64,000 nucleotides of DNA from Botryllus schlosseri (taxonomy: Eukaryota). The notes under the pieces were generated by a model that saw only the letters and a list, made by a program, of their open reading frames with translations, did no database searches and was not told the DNA's origin. The stretch is from positions 21,454,001 through 21,518,000 of the forward strand of contig CM119372.1 in NCBI GenBank assembly GCA_051294905.1, given 5' to 3'. A program made the position numbers and the translations under genes. This document shows positions 51,947 through 64,000 of the stretch, piece by piece. Position 1 is the first letter of the stretch. Each line of letters opens with the position of its first letter.

Positions 51947-52475
51947 CTGCAAATCGCAATACAGGTACATTTATGAGACCTGTCAGTCTATGTTTTTATT
52001 GATAAATTAAAATTTGACTTTCATGTTAAATGCTAGTTTGGCGGTGATAAATATGTGTTCACTTCTAACTAAGGTTGTATTCAAAGTAAAGCGCGTTTTA
52101 AATATTTTAATGTTTTTAAAAAAAGCTGTGTAAAAACATAATTGTCTTTTTTGAGCCTGGAGAACTATTTCAAAATTGTCTAAATCATTTTGATAGACAA
52201 TTTAGCGAGACCACGAGGTCGACTTGCACTAAAAATAACTGATGCATATGATCTGGAACATAGACGCTCTCCCCAAATCGGCAGTTGCATCACGCAGGTT
52301 ATGCATCACGCAGGTTATGCATCAGTTAATCCAGGAGGCTAGCTTTCGTTACCGTTACATGATTTACTGTCTGTCAACGCATCGCCGTTGACAGCTTGAT
52401 ATTTCTTTTTGATTAATACGATATATTATGACACCATGAAAGCGTACCAAACTATAATCTACAAACTCTACTTAC

Positions 52476-52714
52476 TGTGGGGAGAATCGCCTTCGTAATT
52501 CGTCCATGAATGTCCCTAGCTTCGACGTAATTCTCGCTACCGTTTGATTGAGAGCCCACACCATGCTCTCGAAGTACCTCCCGTCGGAAAAACTACCACC
52601 AGCTTGGTAATTCCATTCATAATAGCCAATGTAAAGCTGTTTGATATCTTCTCGATCAAGGACTTGCATCAGTCGAATATAGAATGAGAAATCAGGGAAG
52701 GCCTCCAAGATATT
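52476..52714 (-). CDS. 810-aa protein, exon 3
   Basis: TTTATTTAG acceptor in phase 0, GTAAGT donor in phase 2, open frame NILEAFPDFSF...RRRFSP. Confidence 0.85.
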
Positions 52715-52995
52715 CTAAATAAAAGTAATCAATATTATGTAAGGTTGCGGATAAAGCCTTTTCACTAATTACTTTACATGACTTGTCGATAGCAAGGACG
52801 GGCAAGAGGTTTATGGGATCTAATTCGACCGAGGTGTCATAATCAAATCAAAGACATCAATTGCTTTTGTTGGGCCCTTAAAACAGTGATGGAAAACCTT
52901 TTTGCATGGATATCTGGAATGTTTTGAAGTACAAAGAGTACAACATAGAAATACACCTGGACATCCATGCTATTGCCCAATATGCTATTATAAAT

Positions 52996-53417
52996 TAGGG
53001 TTACCATATTTTGGAAACGGGAAAGGAGGACACTTTTTCAAAATTTTCAAACTTAGAGTATCGATGAAAAATACTGAAAATATGGTCAATTTATTCCACT
53101 TCGTAGTCGGTTGACTAAAAAAGAGGGGATATTTCTCGCTCAGCGACCAAAATACTGTTTTTTCATTCACTTTATCAGGTGGTTGACTGAAAAAAAAGAA
53201 GTCAACTTTTTACTCAGCTCCCCAGATACCCGTCGGAGCGTCACTTCGGTGCTGATTTGCGGCATCTCAGTCGCATTTTGTTAGGAATTTGACCAAAATT
53301 CCTCAAAAAGAGGACAAAATCTCAAAAATGAGGACATTTACGCGTCCCCGGAGGACATTTTCAAAAACCCGAAAAAGGAGGACAAATCCTTCTAAAGGAG
53401 GACGTATGGTAATCCTA
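52996..53417. mobile_element. TAGGGTTACCATA MITE (intronic)
   Basis: TIRs with one mismatch; TSD TTATAAAT / TTATAAGT. Confidence 0.85.
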
Positions 53418-54323
53418 TTATAAGTGATATATGCTGATTGGTGATATCCCTCGCGACTTGGTGGCCAGCCAATGTAGATTGCAATGGTATAATTTCACGA
53501 ATTGATCAATTTGGTCGGTGACAAGAGAAATGATGATACAGGCTATGTGAACACAAATGGAATGGCGTTACAAACTCTTGTGGGCAATTTTATAAACGCA
53601 GGTTATAGGCCTATATGCAGAGGTGGTCAGTAACGAAGTACTTCTACTTTTTCGAAGTACTCAAGTAATTTTCCTCTACTTCTGGTACTTACTCCTGTAT
53701 ATCTGATTTTCGCTACTTCTACTTCTACTTCGTAATATTTTGTGATCTACTTACTTACTTTTCGCTATTTGCAGTTTGTCAAGTAGAAGTAATTTAATCC
53801 TCGAATCGGGAAAATAGCCTGAGGAAATTCGGGGTTGTTTTCACGGATCATCAACATTTAATTCATAAAATTAGAGTAAAGCCCAGAATTTCCGTCGCGC
53901 TTCGCGCGCAGTGGCTACGGAGTAACCAGTATGATTTCACGATTGTATCGATGAATATCATTTAGGTGGCGGGTTGGCGTGGTTCCGTTCACATGGCATT
54001 GTCGCCCTTCGTCATATCAAATATTTCGTCACAGTATATGATATTATGGCTCATCATAACGTTTGAAACTGATGTTTCGTAATCTAGCATTTACTTATCA
54101 TATCGTAATCTAGCAGTCCATGGCGTGTCCTAATCTGCAAAAGTGGACTCTGACTTTTTTATTAGATTTAGAGCTGTTTTAGAATACCAACCATCGAAAC
54201 TTTCTCGACTAAAGACATGAAATACATGTTCCGCTTTTAGAACTAGTATTAATATTTCACTTTCATTTCCCAGTAGCATAGACTTTCAGTTCTATTAATT
54301 GATACCAATTCTTTTGTGTGGAT

Positions 54324-55477
54324 GGTTGCCGGTGAACTCAGCCTTACAAACTCGGCCCTCGGTGAACTCGGACCTCGGGAAATTTTGTAATAAAGTGTAT
54401 TAAAACAAGTATTAATATGAATTATTAAACTAATAATGTTATTATCAAGTGATTTGTCAATATTGTAAGGAGGTCAGGGCATGCGTAGATCACGCAGTCA
54501 CGGCGTGATCATATCACGTGATCACGGACTGCGCAAGCGCCAAGCGCGGGAAAGAACGCGACGTTCACATATCGACCACGCGTGGTCGGCTCAGTGTTGA
54601 ATTGACTTGGCGAGGGGCGGATGTGCGACGTTCGACATCCTCGTATCTGTTCATGACATCGTATTGGGTCTTATCGCATTGTACATTGTGTGTGACTTGT
54701 TCAGATTAAAAATATATCCCAACGATTGTTATTGCTCACATATCAACCACGCGTTGTCTGCTCGTTGTTGCAACTGTAGGTTGAGGTGGGGTGTTAGGGT
54801 TGGGTAGGGTAGGGGGGGAGGAAGACATTAGGGTTAGGGGAGTGGAACATTAGGGTTGGAGAAGGGGGACATTAGGTTAGGGGGAAGGAAATATTAGAGT
54901 TGGGGAAGGGGGACATTAGGATTGGAGGAGGGCGATATTGGGGGTGGGGGATATTAGGGTTGGTGGTGGGTTAGGGTTCCAGTTTGGGTTAAGGTATCCC
55001 AAAATTAGGGTTAGGGGAGGAGGGACATTAGGGTTGGGGGAGGGCGATATTGGGGGTGGGGGATATTAGGGTTGGTGGTGGGTTAGGGTTCAAGTTGGGG
55101 TTAAGGTATCCCAAGATTAGGGTTAGGGGAGGAGGGACATTAGGGTTGGGGTTGGGGGACATTAGGGTTGGAGTAGGATATTAGGGTTGGGGAAGGGGGG
55201 ATATTAGGGTTGGAGGAGGGGATAGTCGGGTTGGTGGTGGGTTAGGGTATCCCAAGATTAGGGTGCCCTGACATGAATATCCCCCAGTCGTATTATCTAG
55301 GGTTACCATATTTTGGAAGTCTGAAAAGAGGACCACATTTTCATTTATAGTTTCGGAATTAGTGCGACTGTAGCTTTTGATCAAGACCAAATTCAGTAAA
55401 TTCTGTTTTAATACAAAATTCACCGAGGGCCGAGTTCACCGAGGGCTGAGTTTGTAAGGCTGAGTTCATTGGTAATC
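54324..55477. mobile_element. TIR element (MULE-like ends) carrying a G-rich minisatellite, nested in 53618-56090
   Basis: ~45-bp TIRs (GGTTGCCGGTGAACTCAGCCTTACAAACTC...); flanking duplication GTGTGGAT; the sister copy shows the empty site near 39375-39390. Confidence 0.8.
54781..55265 (+). repeat. G-rich degenerate minisatellite with TTAGGG cores
   Basis: Many units like GGACATTAGGGTTGGGGAGG, plus a ~112-bp duplicated block. Confidence 0.9.
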
Positions 55478-56208
55478 GTGTGGATAACATACATATTGAA
55501 GTATAAAAGCAAGTGTGGTAATGTTTTTAATTTCCGGATATAAAGCTACACAGTATGACATTTTTACGATTCATCATATTTTTTATTATCGTTTACTAAT
55601 CGCGTAAAGTGTTTACACCGTATCCTTTACATCTTCTCCGTATTGCTCTTCGACTAAACTACAGGCATTATAATATGGGGGAGGGCGCCATACCATGATA
55701 TTCACTAAAACGTGCTGTTCGAGTAAACAGAGGATTAGTATCGCATTTCCATATCAATACTATCATTTTTATCCCATGATGCGGACGAATGCCCAATTGC
55801 CCATGCTGTCGAAAATTGGATGCCTCCTGGTATGAATCAATATGAATCAAGCTCGGCAACTTTCGCATAGCTCAATTTACACCTTTTGACAATCCATGTG
55901 AACGGATTACGATCGTTTTCACAACTACTAACTTACTTGAGTAGATTTAAAGTCAACCAATTCTACTTCTACTTCAAGTAGTTTTAGGTTGCTTATTGAG
56001 GAAGTACTTCTACTCGTACTTAAGTAGATTTTTTCGTCGCTACTTCTACTTCTACTTAAGTAGCTTTCTTGACTACTTTGACCACCTCTGCCTATATGTA
56101 CCGCGTCACTCGTTCTCTGTATCGTAAATACGCAGCTTTACACGGAACGCGGCCAGTCCTATACCCGCATATGAATTCAAGAGTGTTTACACAATATTGA
56201 GGACTCAC

Positions 56209-57881
56209 TTTGTAAATCATTTGATCCTTGGTGAAAACTTCATTGATGAGAGCGTATTGAAGATCGACATTGATGCTCAAGGCCATAACGTTGAGCTTTC
56301 TATCATGTTCCCGAAAAGCAATGTAGCGCTCATTCTGGCACGCTTCTACTTCAGTCCAGTTGATCTTCTGATCATCTTCGAACTGGCTTTCAAAACAGTC
56401 TTGATGCTGAGGTATGTCGTAAGTTTGGTTGTAATACTCAACAAATTTTGTTGCAATACTCGGGAATTCCGACTTGGGATATAACTCTTCATATTCCTGA
56501 ATAATTTTTTGTGCTACTTTCAAATATGTGTCTCGACTCTCCATATTCACGTATGGCATGATTAGACTTTGTAGGTTTACCAACAGCGGATCCAGCGGCT
56601 TTGGAATGTGGTATCCCAAATTTACGAGAACTCTCTTCAGGATATCTCCTAGGTTGAAAACTGGCCACTCCGCGAATCCCTCCAGCAGTGTCGTGAATAT
56701 AATATCCATTTCATCTTTTCGGCTGTCCAAAAGTGTGTACGTAACGCGCGATAGATTGATAACAATTAGATTGACCTTTTGATGAAGCGTACTTGCTTCT
56801 GGATGTGCTAATACCGTTTTGAGCAGCAGGAAGTTTACGAATTCGCTCATATTAGATTTTTTCAAAGTGATGTTGGGCTTGTCGAAGTCGATTAATTCTA
56901 TTCCTTCCGCAATTGTGTTGTAGATATTATCGATATCGGTTTTATTGCCGGGGAAAAGGTTGTAGTAAATCCCTGGCAACCATGTAACCAGCAAATTCAT
57001 ATCACCCGACAGTGGTTGTTGAAAGAACGAAACGTAAAGCCTGGTCAAAGCTGATGACAATCTCTTCGTCGCCGGCGTCAGCGTGCTCTCTTGGGATAAA
57101 AGCTTGGCGGACCAATGAAACGGATAGTAATAGTTGCCGCTAGCCATATTCTCCACCAAATCAGGCGTGCTGTCCATAATTGGATTCAGATATCCTGAGT
57201 ATTCTTCTGGAATTTTCATATTCTTCTTCATCGTGCTCATAACCCTCATCGTGGATTGCCTGGGCTTGTTAATGTTAACGTCTCCGAGTAGTTCGAAAAA
57301 CACACCGTACCATTTGTCGACTTGTAAGTATTTCGGCAGAATGGACTTGATTAGTCCCGGCAAATTATTCACCAGCGACGAAAAAACCGACTCGTGAAAT
57401 TCCTGTATGTCTTCGGGTCCCATGAAATTACCCAGAAAGGAGTAAATCTGAGATGAAATCTTCGCCTCTTTGGTGTCGAGCTGTCCCAAAGCTCCCGTAA
57501 TGTCCGCTATCACCGCATCCAGCTGCTTAATCCAGTCTGTTATATAGTAAGGGCCGGGTGAGGGAAGTGTGAGATTCACCAACTTCACAAATCCAGGCTG
57601 AAGCGGCAACGCTTTCTCCATGTTAAAACCTAAATTTCCCAAAAGGGTGTAGCATCCGGATATAAAGGATTCGGTTCCAGTTCCGTTCGACAAGAGAATC
57701 CGGAATCTTTCCGTTAAATTCTCTCTGAATTCGTCCATTATGTACTGAATTTTATCATCTAGATCGGGAAGCATGTTGAATACGATAGATGGGTCGAGAT
57801 CGCTGCCCTCGCCAAACAATTTCTCGCAAGTAAGCAGCGGAGAGTACTCTCTCGAAATACACTCGCCGTATTGCATTCCCA
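56209..57881 (-). CDS. 810-aa protein, exon 2 (1,673 bp)
   Basis: Most of the 596-aa ORF; TTTTGTTTTAG acceptor in phase 1 and GTGAGT donor in phase 0 after ...QMIYK. Confidence 0.9.
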
Positions 57882-57984
57882 CTAAAACAAAAAACCTCCG
57901 TAAACTTTTAACAAATGTCTCGCTTTTACATCGTGGTGGTTAGTGGTCCACGTATTGTATATGAACGCATAATTGAATACGTAC

Positions 57985-58180
57985 CTTCTAAGTCGGTCGA
58001 AGGGATTTGTAACATGATTTTCTGAGCGAAACAGTCACTGTGCTCTTTGCAACTTCTCCGACTCCAGTGGTACAGCGGTAGGCCCATGATCGACGCATTG
58101 AACCCTTCATGACATTGTAACCCTATAACATCGTCGGCGCATAACCACCCCGTAAGCGCAACCAGCCAATATATTTTCAT
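57985..58180 (-). CDS. 810-aa protein, exon 1 (signal peptide and start of the three-finger-like frame)
   Basis: ATG at 58180; MKIYWLVALTGWLCADDVIG then LQCHEG...SCKEHSDC; GTACGT donor in phase 1; 103-bp intron joins exon 2 in frame. Confidence 0.85.
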
Positions 58181-58600
58181 TTTGGATTGGTCGTACTGTG
58201 CACAACACTGCGCCGTATTTGTCGAGTATTGCTTGCTGTGTTTTAAGCCTAAAACCAAATTCTAAATACGAATGGTAAGGTTACCACGACTGACCGAAGA
58301 GGCCTATTTATAATATCGAATAGGATATTACAATTGTAACAATTATATACCGTTACAAAACTAAATATACCATTACCAGCACGACGTTTTTATCACATTC
58401 TATTGTGAAGCGGATGATTGAATTGGTGATATAACACAAATTTAAACTCTGACTTATCAACAGAAATAATATTTTCAGGAATGGGACACAACCGCTGGGA
58501 GGCTTGAGTCTAAGTAAACGCGAATTTTTTGGAAAGTTCCGCCGTGAACGCGAATCCACGACGTGATTCGAAATAACAGCCTCAGGCCTACGTTATATAG

Positions 58601-60058
58601 CAAGGGTCGGCAACCTACGGCCCGCGGGCCGGATCCGGCCCGCCAAGCGAAATCGTCCGGCCCGCGACATAATAATTAGTTTTCACAAGAATGCGGCCCG
58701 TCGTTTCACAATGAGTTTCAATCAGCAGTGCAGCACTGCTTGGAAAGAATTCGGCATTGATACGATATAAGTTGCCTAAACGCCACAAAACGAAGGCGGT
58801 TGAAGTAGGAGATCGAGATTGTCTAGAGTAGACTAGATCAGTGCTTATCAATCGGGTGTATCTCGCAACCGAAGGTGTACCATATACTTTTTGAAGGGTT
58901 TACCGATGGGGTGTGACAATAAAGGTGTCCTTCCTCTGCTTCAAAAGCGCTTGGAACATCTCAGACGCAATGACAAAATCTCAAACTTAAACTGTTTAAT
59001 TACAGATAACTAGCCTCCGTAGGCTAGTTATTCATGGTTTAATTCACCAGAAGGCATTGTGCGCCAATACTACAAACCTGAAGTGTTTCGGCCGCAATGA
59101 TTAAAACTGTAAATATCATTTTGTCTCACAAACTGAATCACCAACATTGTTACGACAGATAACTAGAAGCATAGAATCAATATGGCGATGTAATGTATAT
59201 CTGCCATGTTCGCGCATCAAGTCGAACAGCTATGCTTGCACGAGTCTATGAACTGAGAAATGAAATAGCATCTTTCCCCGAAAATACAAATATCGCTGAC
59301 TCATAATCTTGTAATCGAAAATGGGTATCTAATCTTGCTCTCCTGGTAGGCTACATTACGCCTACCAGGACGTCACATCTGTACAAATTGAATTCGCAAC
59401 TTCGGGGGGGGGGGGGATAACTGAATACATGAGATGTTGAGCCGCACCAACACTATATTTGTAACTGTGATAAGAAATTTAATTACTGAATATTCACCCG
59501 CTTTTCCGACATTCCTTCTGTACAAAATAAACTCTGACTATTCAGTACTCCATTTAATGTGGACGCCAATACCATTGTCTCAAAATTTCAAATGGGCCTT
59601 TTTGAATTGCGATGCAGTTGGATTGAATGACAAATTTCATACAAAGAGCATATCGCTGCATGACTTCGACAAAGAGTACGTTCTTGAAATTGATCTTTAT
59701 CCCAGCTTATCAAACGATGCAGAAGACAATAGTTTTGAACAATGAAATTCACGAATATAGAAAGCCAAGATCACGTATCTCGGACGCCCATTTCGAATGT
59801 GGTCTGATTTTTGCTTCATCTGACTGTTACTAGAAGTTGAAAACCTTTCACAAAGCAAGCTGCGTCAATTGTCATATTTATTCTGCGTTGTTGAAGTGTA
59901 AATACTTGTGTTTTATGATTGGTATGATTGAGATTGCAGCAATGTAGGATAATATACCGAAGTGAGCGGAAAATATAGTACTAGGAAAAATTCCGGCCCG
60001 CCAAAAAGTTGTACACTCGAAATTTGGCCCGTGACTAGCAAAAGGTTGCCGACCCCTG
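58601..60058 (+). mobile_element. Charlie-like hAT deletion derivative with transposase relics
   Basis: TIRs CAAGGGTCGGCAACC / GGTTGCCGACCCCTG; perfect TSD TTATATAG; KPRSRISDAHFECGL resembles the hAT C-terminal RSRLTD.HL motif. Confidence 0.85.
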
Positions 60059-60169
60059 TTATATAGATTTCAACTGTTTAGCCGACGGCAATCTAAACAA
60101 CGGGCTGTACGTCAAAAATTGTCCTAATACAATATGTCTCATGTTACGAGCAATCACTGACTAATACAA

Positions 60170-60450
60170 TGTTTCCAGATAAAAGGTCACGATGACTCCT
60201 GCCCAGAGTCATCCTACGGACTGAAAATAACATTTCTGATATTGCACATTTATCCCCTCACTCGTAATCCCGGTGGCAGCATACGACGGTGACGAAAACA
60301 CTGATTGGACAAGCCCAAATTTAAATCCTGTTCCGGATTTTAGACTAGAATTGAAGTTCAAACCGGTAGTCGCGGTAGCAGCTTAACTTATTCAACTCCG
60401 ATCAAATCATGATTGTCCAAGCTCTTCGCTGCAGCACCCCAGTCAAGTAT
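60170..60450. repeat. Possible Helitron-associated fragment
   Basis: The conceptual peptide FQIKGHDDSCPESSYGLKITFLILHIYPLTRNPGGS resembles sequence I associate from memory with invertebrate Helitron repeats. No termini identified. Confidence 0.3.
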
Positions 60451-61018
60451 GAATGAAAAAATCGTAATCGCATAGCTGATATACGACGACTATATTGAAA
60501 GCACCATTATTATTGGGGATATCAAAACACAATAACGATAATTTACAATCCCGCATCTACCATATCCATTCCTCTTACCACTTACGACATTCGCTGTTGT
60601 TAAATAAGGTATATTCTCATTATCAATCACTAACTCGACTCGACTAGGTTAACGATCTCTTCCTGTTATACGGAAAAAAATCACTTCGATTTCGAAGGAA
60701 AATCATCGAATATCGCGTTTGCATCCGTAATGACGTGAGATCTCGTGACTGTTCAGGATTTAAAAATTTCTTGCCTCGAGCACATACAGAAATTGTAGGA
60801 CTGAAAATACGCGTGAAAGTGCACGAACAACAAAATTGAAATGCTTACTCTCTTCGAACACTTATATATCCTTATCTACGTAAAACATGTCATGGACATA
60901 GGAACAATGTTAGGGGAAGTTGGTGGGCCAAATGGTGGCCAATGGGCCAAAACTCACATTGTCATAAACATATTCGCAAACCCAGAAATACCAATGATCT
61001 TTAGCCAAACGATGGATT

Positions 61019-62643
61019 ACTCTGGTCAACACAGTTTTTGTTGACTTTGATTAGGCAATTGATTTTGACTAACTTTTGGGCGCTGAATTCAAAAATGACT
61101 TCCGTTTTTCTATATCAAGTCAAGTTTTTGGGTTAGGCACCCCCCACATTGCCTCAAAACCCACATAATAGCACTACTTTTAATATTTTTTGTGCATTGT
61201 ATAAAAAGCGTTTCCAAAACTACAACCAGTTGAAAGTAAATCATTAGACTTCAATTAAACATTTGCAATGCTTTATTTGGTTGATTTAAACTGATATTGC
61301 TTGTACAGGACAAATAAAGTGCAAGTTTCAGCCTTCAGGGTCCAAATTCACGCTAATAACCCATAATTCTGTAGGTTGTCTAGTTTGATACTCAAGCAAT
61401 AGTCAGCTAACATATATAAGCTCCAATCTACTCTGGTATCTTATCCCCATGATCTTCAGAGGCTTGGTGACATTTTCTCCTTGGCCATCTCTGATTATGT
61501 CAAGGTTTTCAGGGAAATTATTAGGATATTTTAGTTTATTTTTAAAATGTCTGCTGTCCGACATAAACATATGGCAGTGGCACATGTGTATCAGGGTTGC
61601 ATGTGCTGTGCATCCTTATTGTCTGGAAAACAAAGAAAACACAATATTTCAAAGCTGACACATACGATCCAATCGTGCTCGTGATATTGCAACAATTCTA
61701 TGCTTCTGTATTGTTCTCAATGTTTCTGTATTATTCACGAAGACTAACTGAGTGCGCAATTGTTACTGCACCCACGTTGCCATTTTGGAGAATGCCACAC
61801 TTTAGGATCTTTTTTGAGCTACTTGTAGGCATTTGTCATTCACTTGAGTTCTAAATGGGAATTTCTAACTCCTCCAGTAATCCATGGTGACAGTATCATG
61901 CCAATACCAGTATCACGGCAATACAAAAAGCTACCGAAAGTAGGCCGACGAAGGAAAGGCTGATTCTCCTGATCGAGAGTGAGATACCTTCTCTACCTTG
62001 CCAAGTAATCTTTTCTCACTTCGTAAGGATGTTAAAAGTTCTGAAAATCTATATTCCAAGCCCCAAAGCCTATGTCAGATCAATAACTTGTGTTGATGGA
62101 CTACTCTACATTTTGAATCATCTTCAATTTCAAAATCTACATCATTAGGCCTACTATCCCTAAGATCTTCATCTTGATCCAAATTATCGAGCATATATCA
62201 GTTTTAAGTTACACTGGATAAGCTGAATGGGGCATTGGACCTATAGCTGATAGCAAATGTAATGTTTATTTTTCTTGCCATATCCTGCAGTTTGCATCAA
62301 ATATGTGTGTGAAATATCCTCGGATGGTTGCATCCTCTAACCAAAAATGGGAGAAAGCATCGACCTATAGATCGATACCACTACCTTTATTCTTAATAAT
62401 TCAATTGAACCCTTGGCTAGATAACTTATTATATGGTAAAAGTGTGGATTTCTGTATGGTATAGAAAAGTAATATGGCTAAATTCGTGAAAATTTGCATG
62501 TTTTGGGCATCTGTCGTAGAGCAAAAACTTGATGTGATGGAAGAAAACCAGGGGCATTTCTGGAATCAGCACGCCAAAATTAGCCTAAATCAAGTGCAAA
62601 ATCGAAATCAACAAACTTTTTGTTCAAAATTGTTGCCCAGTAT
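61019..62643 (-). mobile_element. TIR element with a decayed transposase relic (same family as 34603-35887)
   Basis: Ends ACTCTGGTCAACA / TGTTGCCCAGTAT; minus-strand peptides FPENLDIIRDGQGE, MGIRYQSR and MLADYCLSIK. Confidence 0.75.
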
Positions 62644-64000
62644 TATGGTTTCAATGCCTTTTTTAAAAATATTGTGTTTAACTTGAAAAGTTGTAGTATT
62701 ATGCCACAATTGTATATATACTTTCCAAAAACATGTGGTATGAGCCGACGGACGATTTGCACTCGATAGTCGACGTACACGTTATGGCATGGTCAGAACC
62801 GTCATGGCCTACTAAAAACATGGCCATGGAACCCTCGAAATTGTCACCGGTTCAACAGTTATAGCACGTAGATATAGATGATTGGTACGGAGTGGATGTT
62901 CCGATAATGATAACCGCCGACCGTAAAAATGCTGCATGACGATATAGTCCTGGTTAAAGATATTTTGGTCCGTTTATACCTGGGGCCTAGTTCGTCAAAA
63001 GAACCATATTTACCCTACATCTTCCACTGTCAATGGCAATCCACTATGACGTCACAGTTTAATATTCATGACGTCATGACCAAAAAACAAACAATAAAAT
63101 CTCGTTTTAAACAAGGGCCATGTTTTAAACATGTTTGTTTTAAATTGATTTTTGTTTTAAATGCAACCCCAAGACGGATGAGCATAAAACGCATACTTCC
63201 AAAGAAAAATGATTTTAAAATACGAAGAAATAGTGAAAGCAGAGCCCCTTGAAAAACATACCCTTTTTGGTCAGGTGGGGGAAATTAAAACAGTATAAAT
63301 ATTCAACACCACATCAGTTAGCAAGAAACTGAGAATTGTTAAGAAAAGGATGGTTCAGCAGGTGTCCAAGAACAGTTTTAGTTTACATCCCTAATTGGGA
63401 CATTGTAATGAAACTTGCATGAAGTGTTAGCTTCGCAGAAACGTATAAATGGGTGTCCTGCTTAAGTGATTTTCTAGGCTCAATACTCTGATATTCATTT
63501 CCTTCGGCCTCATGCTCTTAGCACGACGTGTGTAGTATAGTGATTTGTCAGGCTTAAATTGGTTGTATCTAGACCTTTATATAGTTAGTATATGATTGAT
63601 TGTTTGCTTCTTTCTGCATTATGTTATAGTGTAGCGACATTTGGTGTACCACTTAAATTTGATGCTTTTTTCATGTAAGGCTGAGGTCATACACAATAAA
63701 CGGTTACCCTAGAACAGGGGGAGGGCAAATATTTGTCTCCACTGGCCAAATGATTAACAGAAAATATGTTGACGGGCCGAGTCAAAATGTTTAGCTATAT
63801 TCTCCAGCGTATTAATTTTATTTCTAAATTGAAATCAGTAAACTGCATTGTTAATAAATGCTGCTCAGTGGATGCGATGATATTAGATACTGAGAAAACG
63901 ATGGTTAATTAACAAAAAGCAATATTCTATTTGCTTTCCGTCATAATTCGAAACAATGGTAAACATGATACATTTTGAATTCTGTTTAATCCACGTTTTC

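Larger units (their letters stand above)
53618..56090. mobile_element. CAGAGGTGG hAT-type element (intronic)
   Basis: TIRs CAGAGGTGGTCA / TGACCACCTCTG; perfect TSD CCTATATG. Confidence 0.9.

Noticed and set aside
54781..55265. True telomere or interstitial telomeric array
   Set aside because: TTAGGG units are interrupted by variable G-rich linkers and lie within a TIR element.
56092..57882. 596-aa ORF as a stand-alone single-exon gene
   Set aside because: The GTG start overlaps a splice acceptor and the last ~38 codons lie beyond a GTGAGT donor, so it is exon 2 of a spliced gene.

Overview
AT-rich, non-bacterial DNA that looks like an invertebrate animal genome (a tunicate is plausible but cannot be proven from the sequence). 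It has spliceosomal introns and is densely packed with nested non-autonomous DNA transposons, mostly hAT-type with 8-bp TSDs. The dominant feature is a 12,339-bp element (15843-28181) that is almost entirely a palindrome: two 5,601-bp inverted arms with only 6 substitutions seen by eye and no indels, around a 1,137-bp spacer. It has AGTAG...CTACT termini and a 6-bp TSD (CACACA), the signature of Polinton/Maverick insertions. Each arm carries a heavily decayed protein-primed PolB-like relic, and the spacer carries a possible minor-capsid relic, so it reads as a fold-back (snap-back) defective Polinton that integrated as a unit. Two host genes can be reconstructed on the minus strand. One is a 4-exon, 810-aa secreted, probably GPI-anchored protein whose Ly6/three-finger cysteine frame is split by a ~620-aa insert. 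The other is a partly traceable type II membrane protein that may hold the palindrome in an intron. Also present are two minimal hammerhead ribozyme motifs with covarying stems, two tRNA-derived SINE copies, several transposase relics, a five-level transposon nest and a G-rich TTAGGG-containing minisatellite. Most short ORFs in the supplied track are not genes. All family assignments come from motif recall, not database searches.
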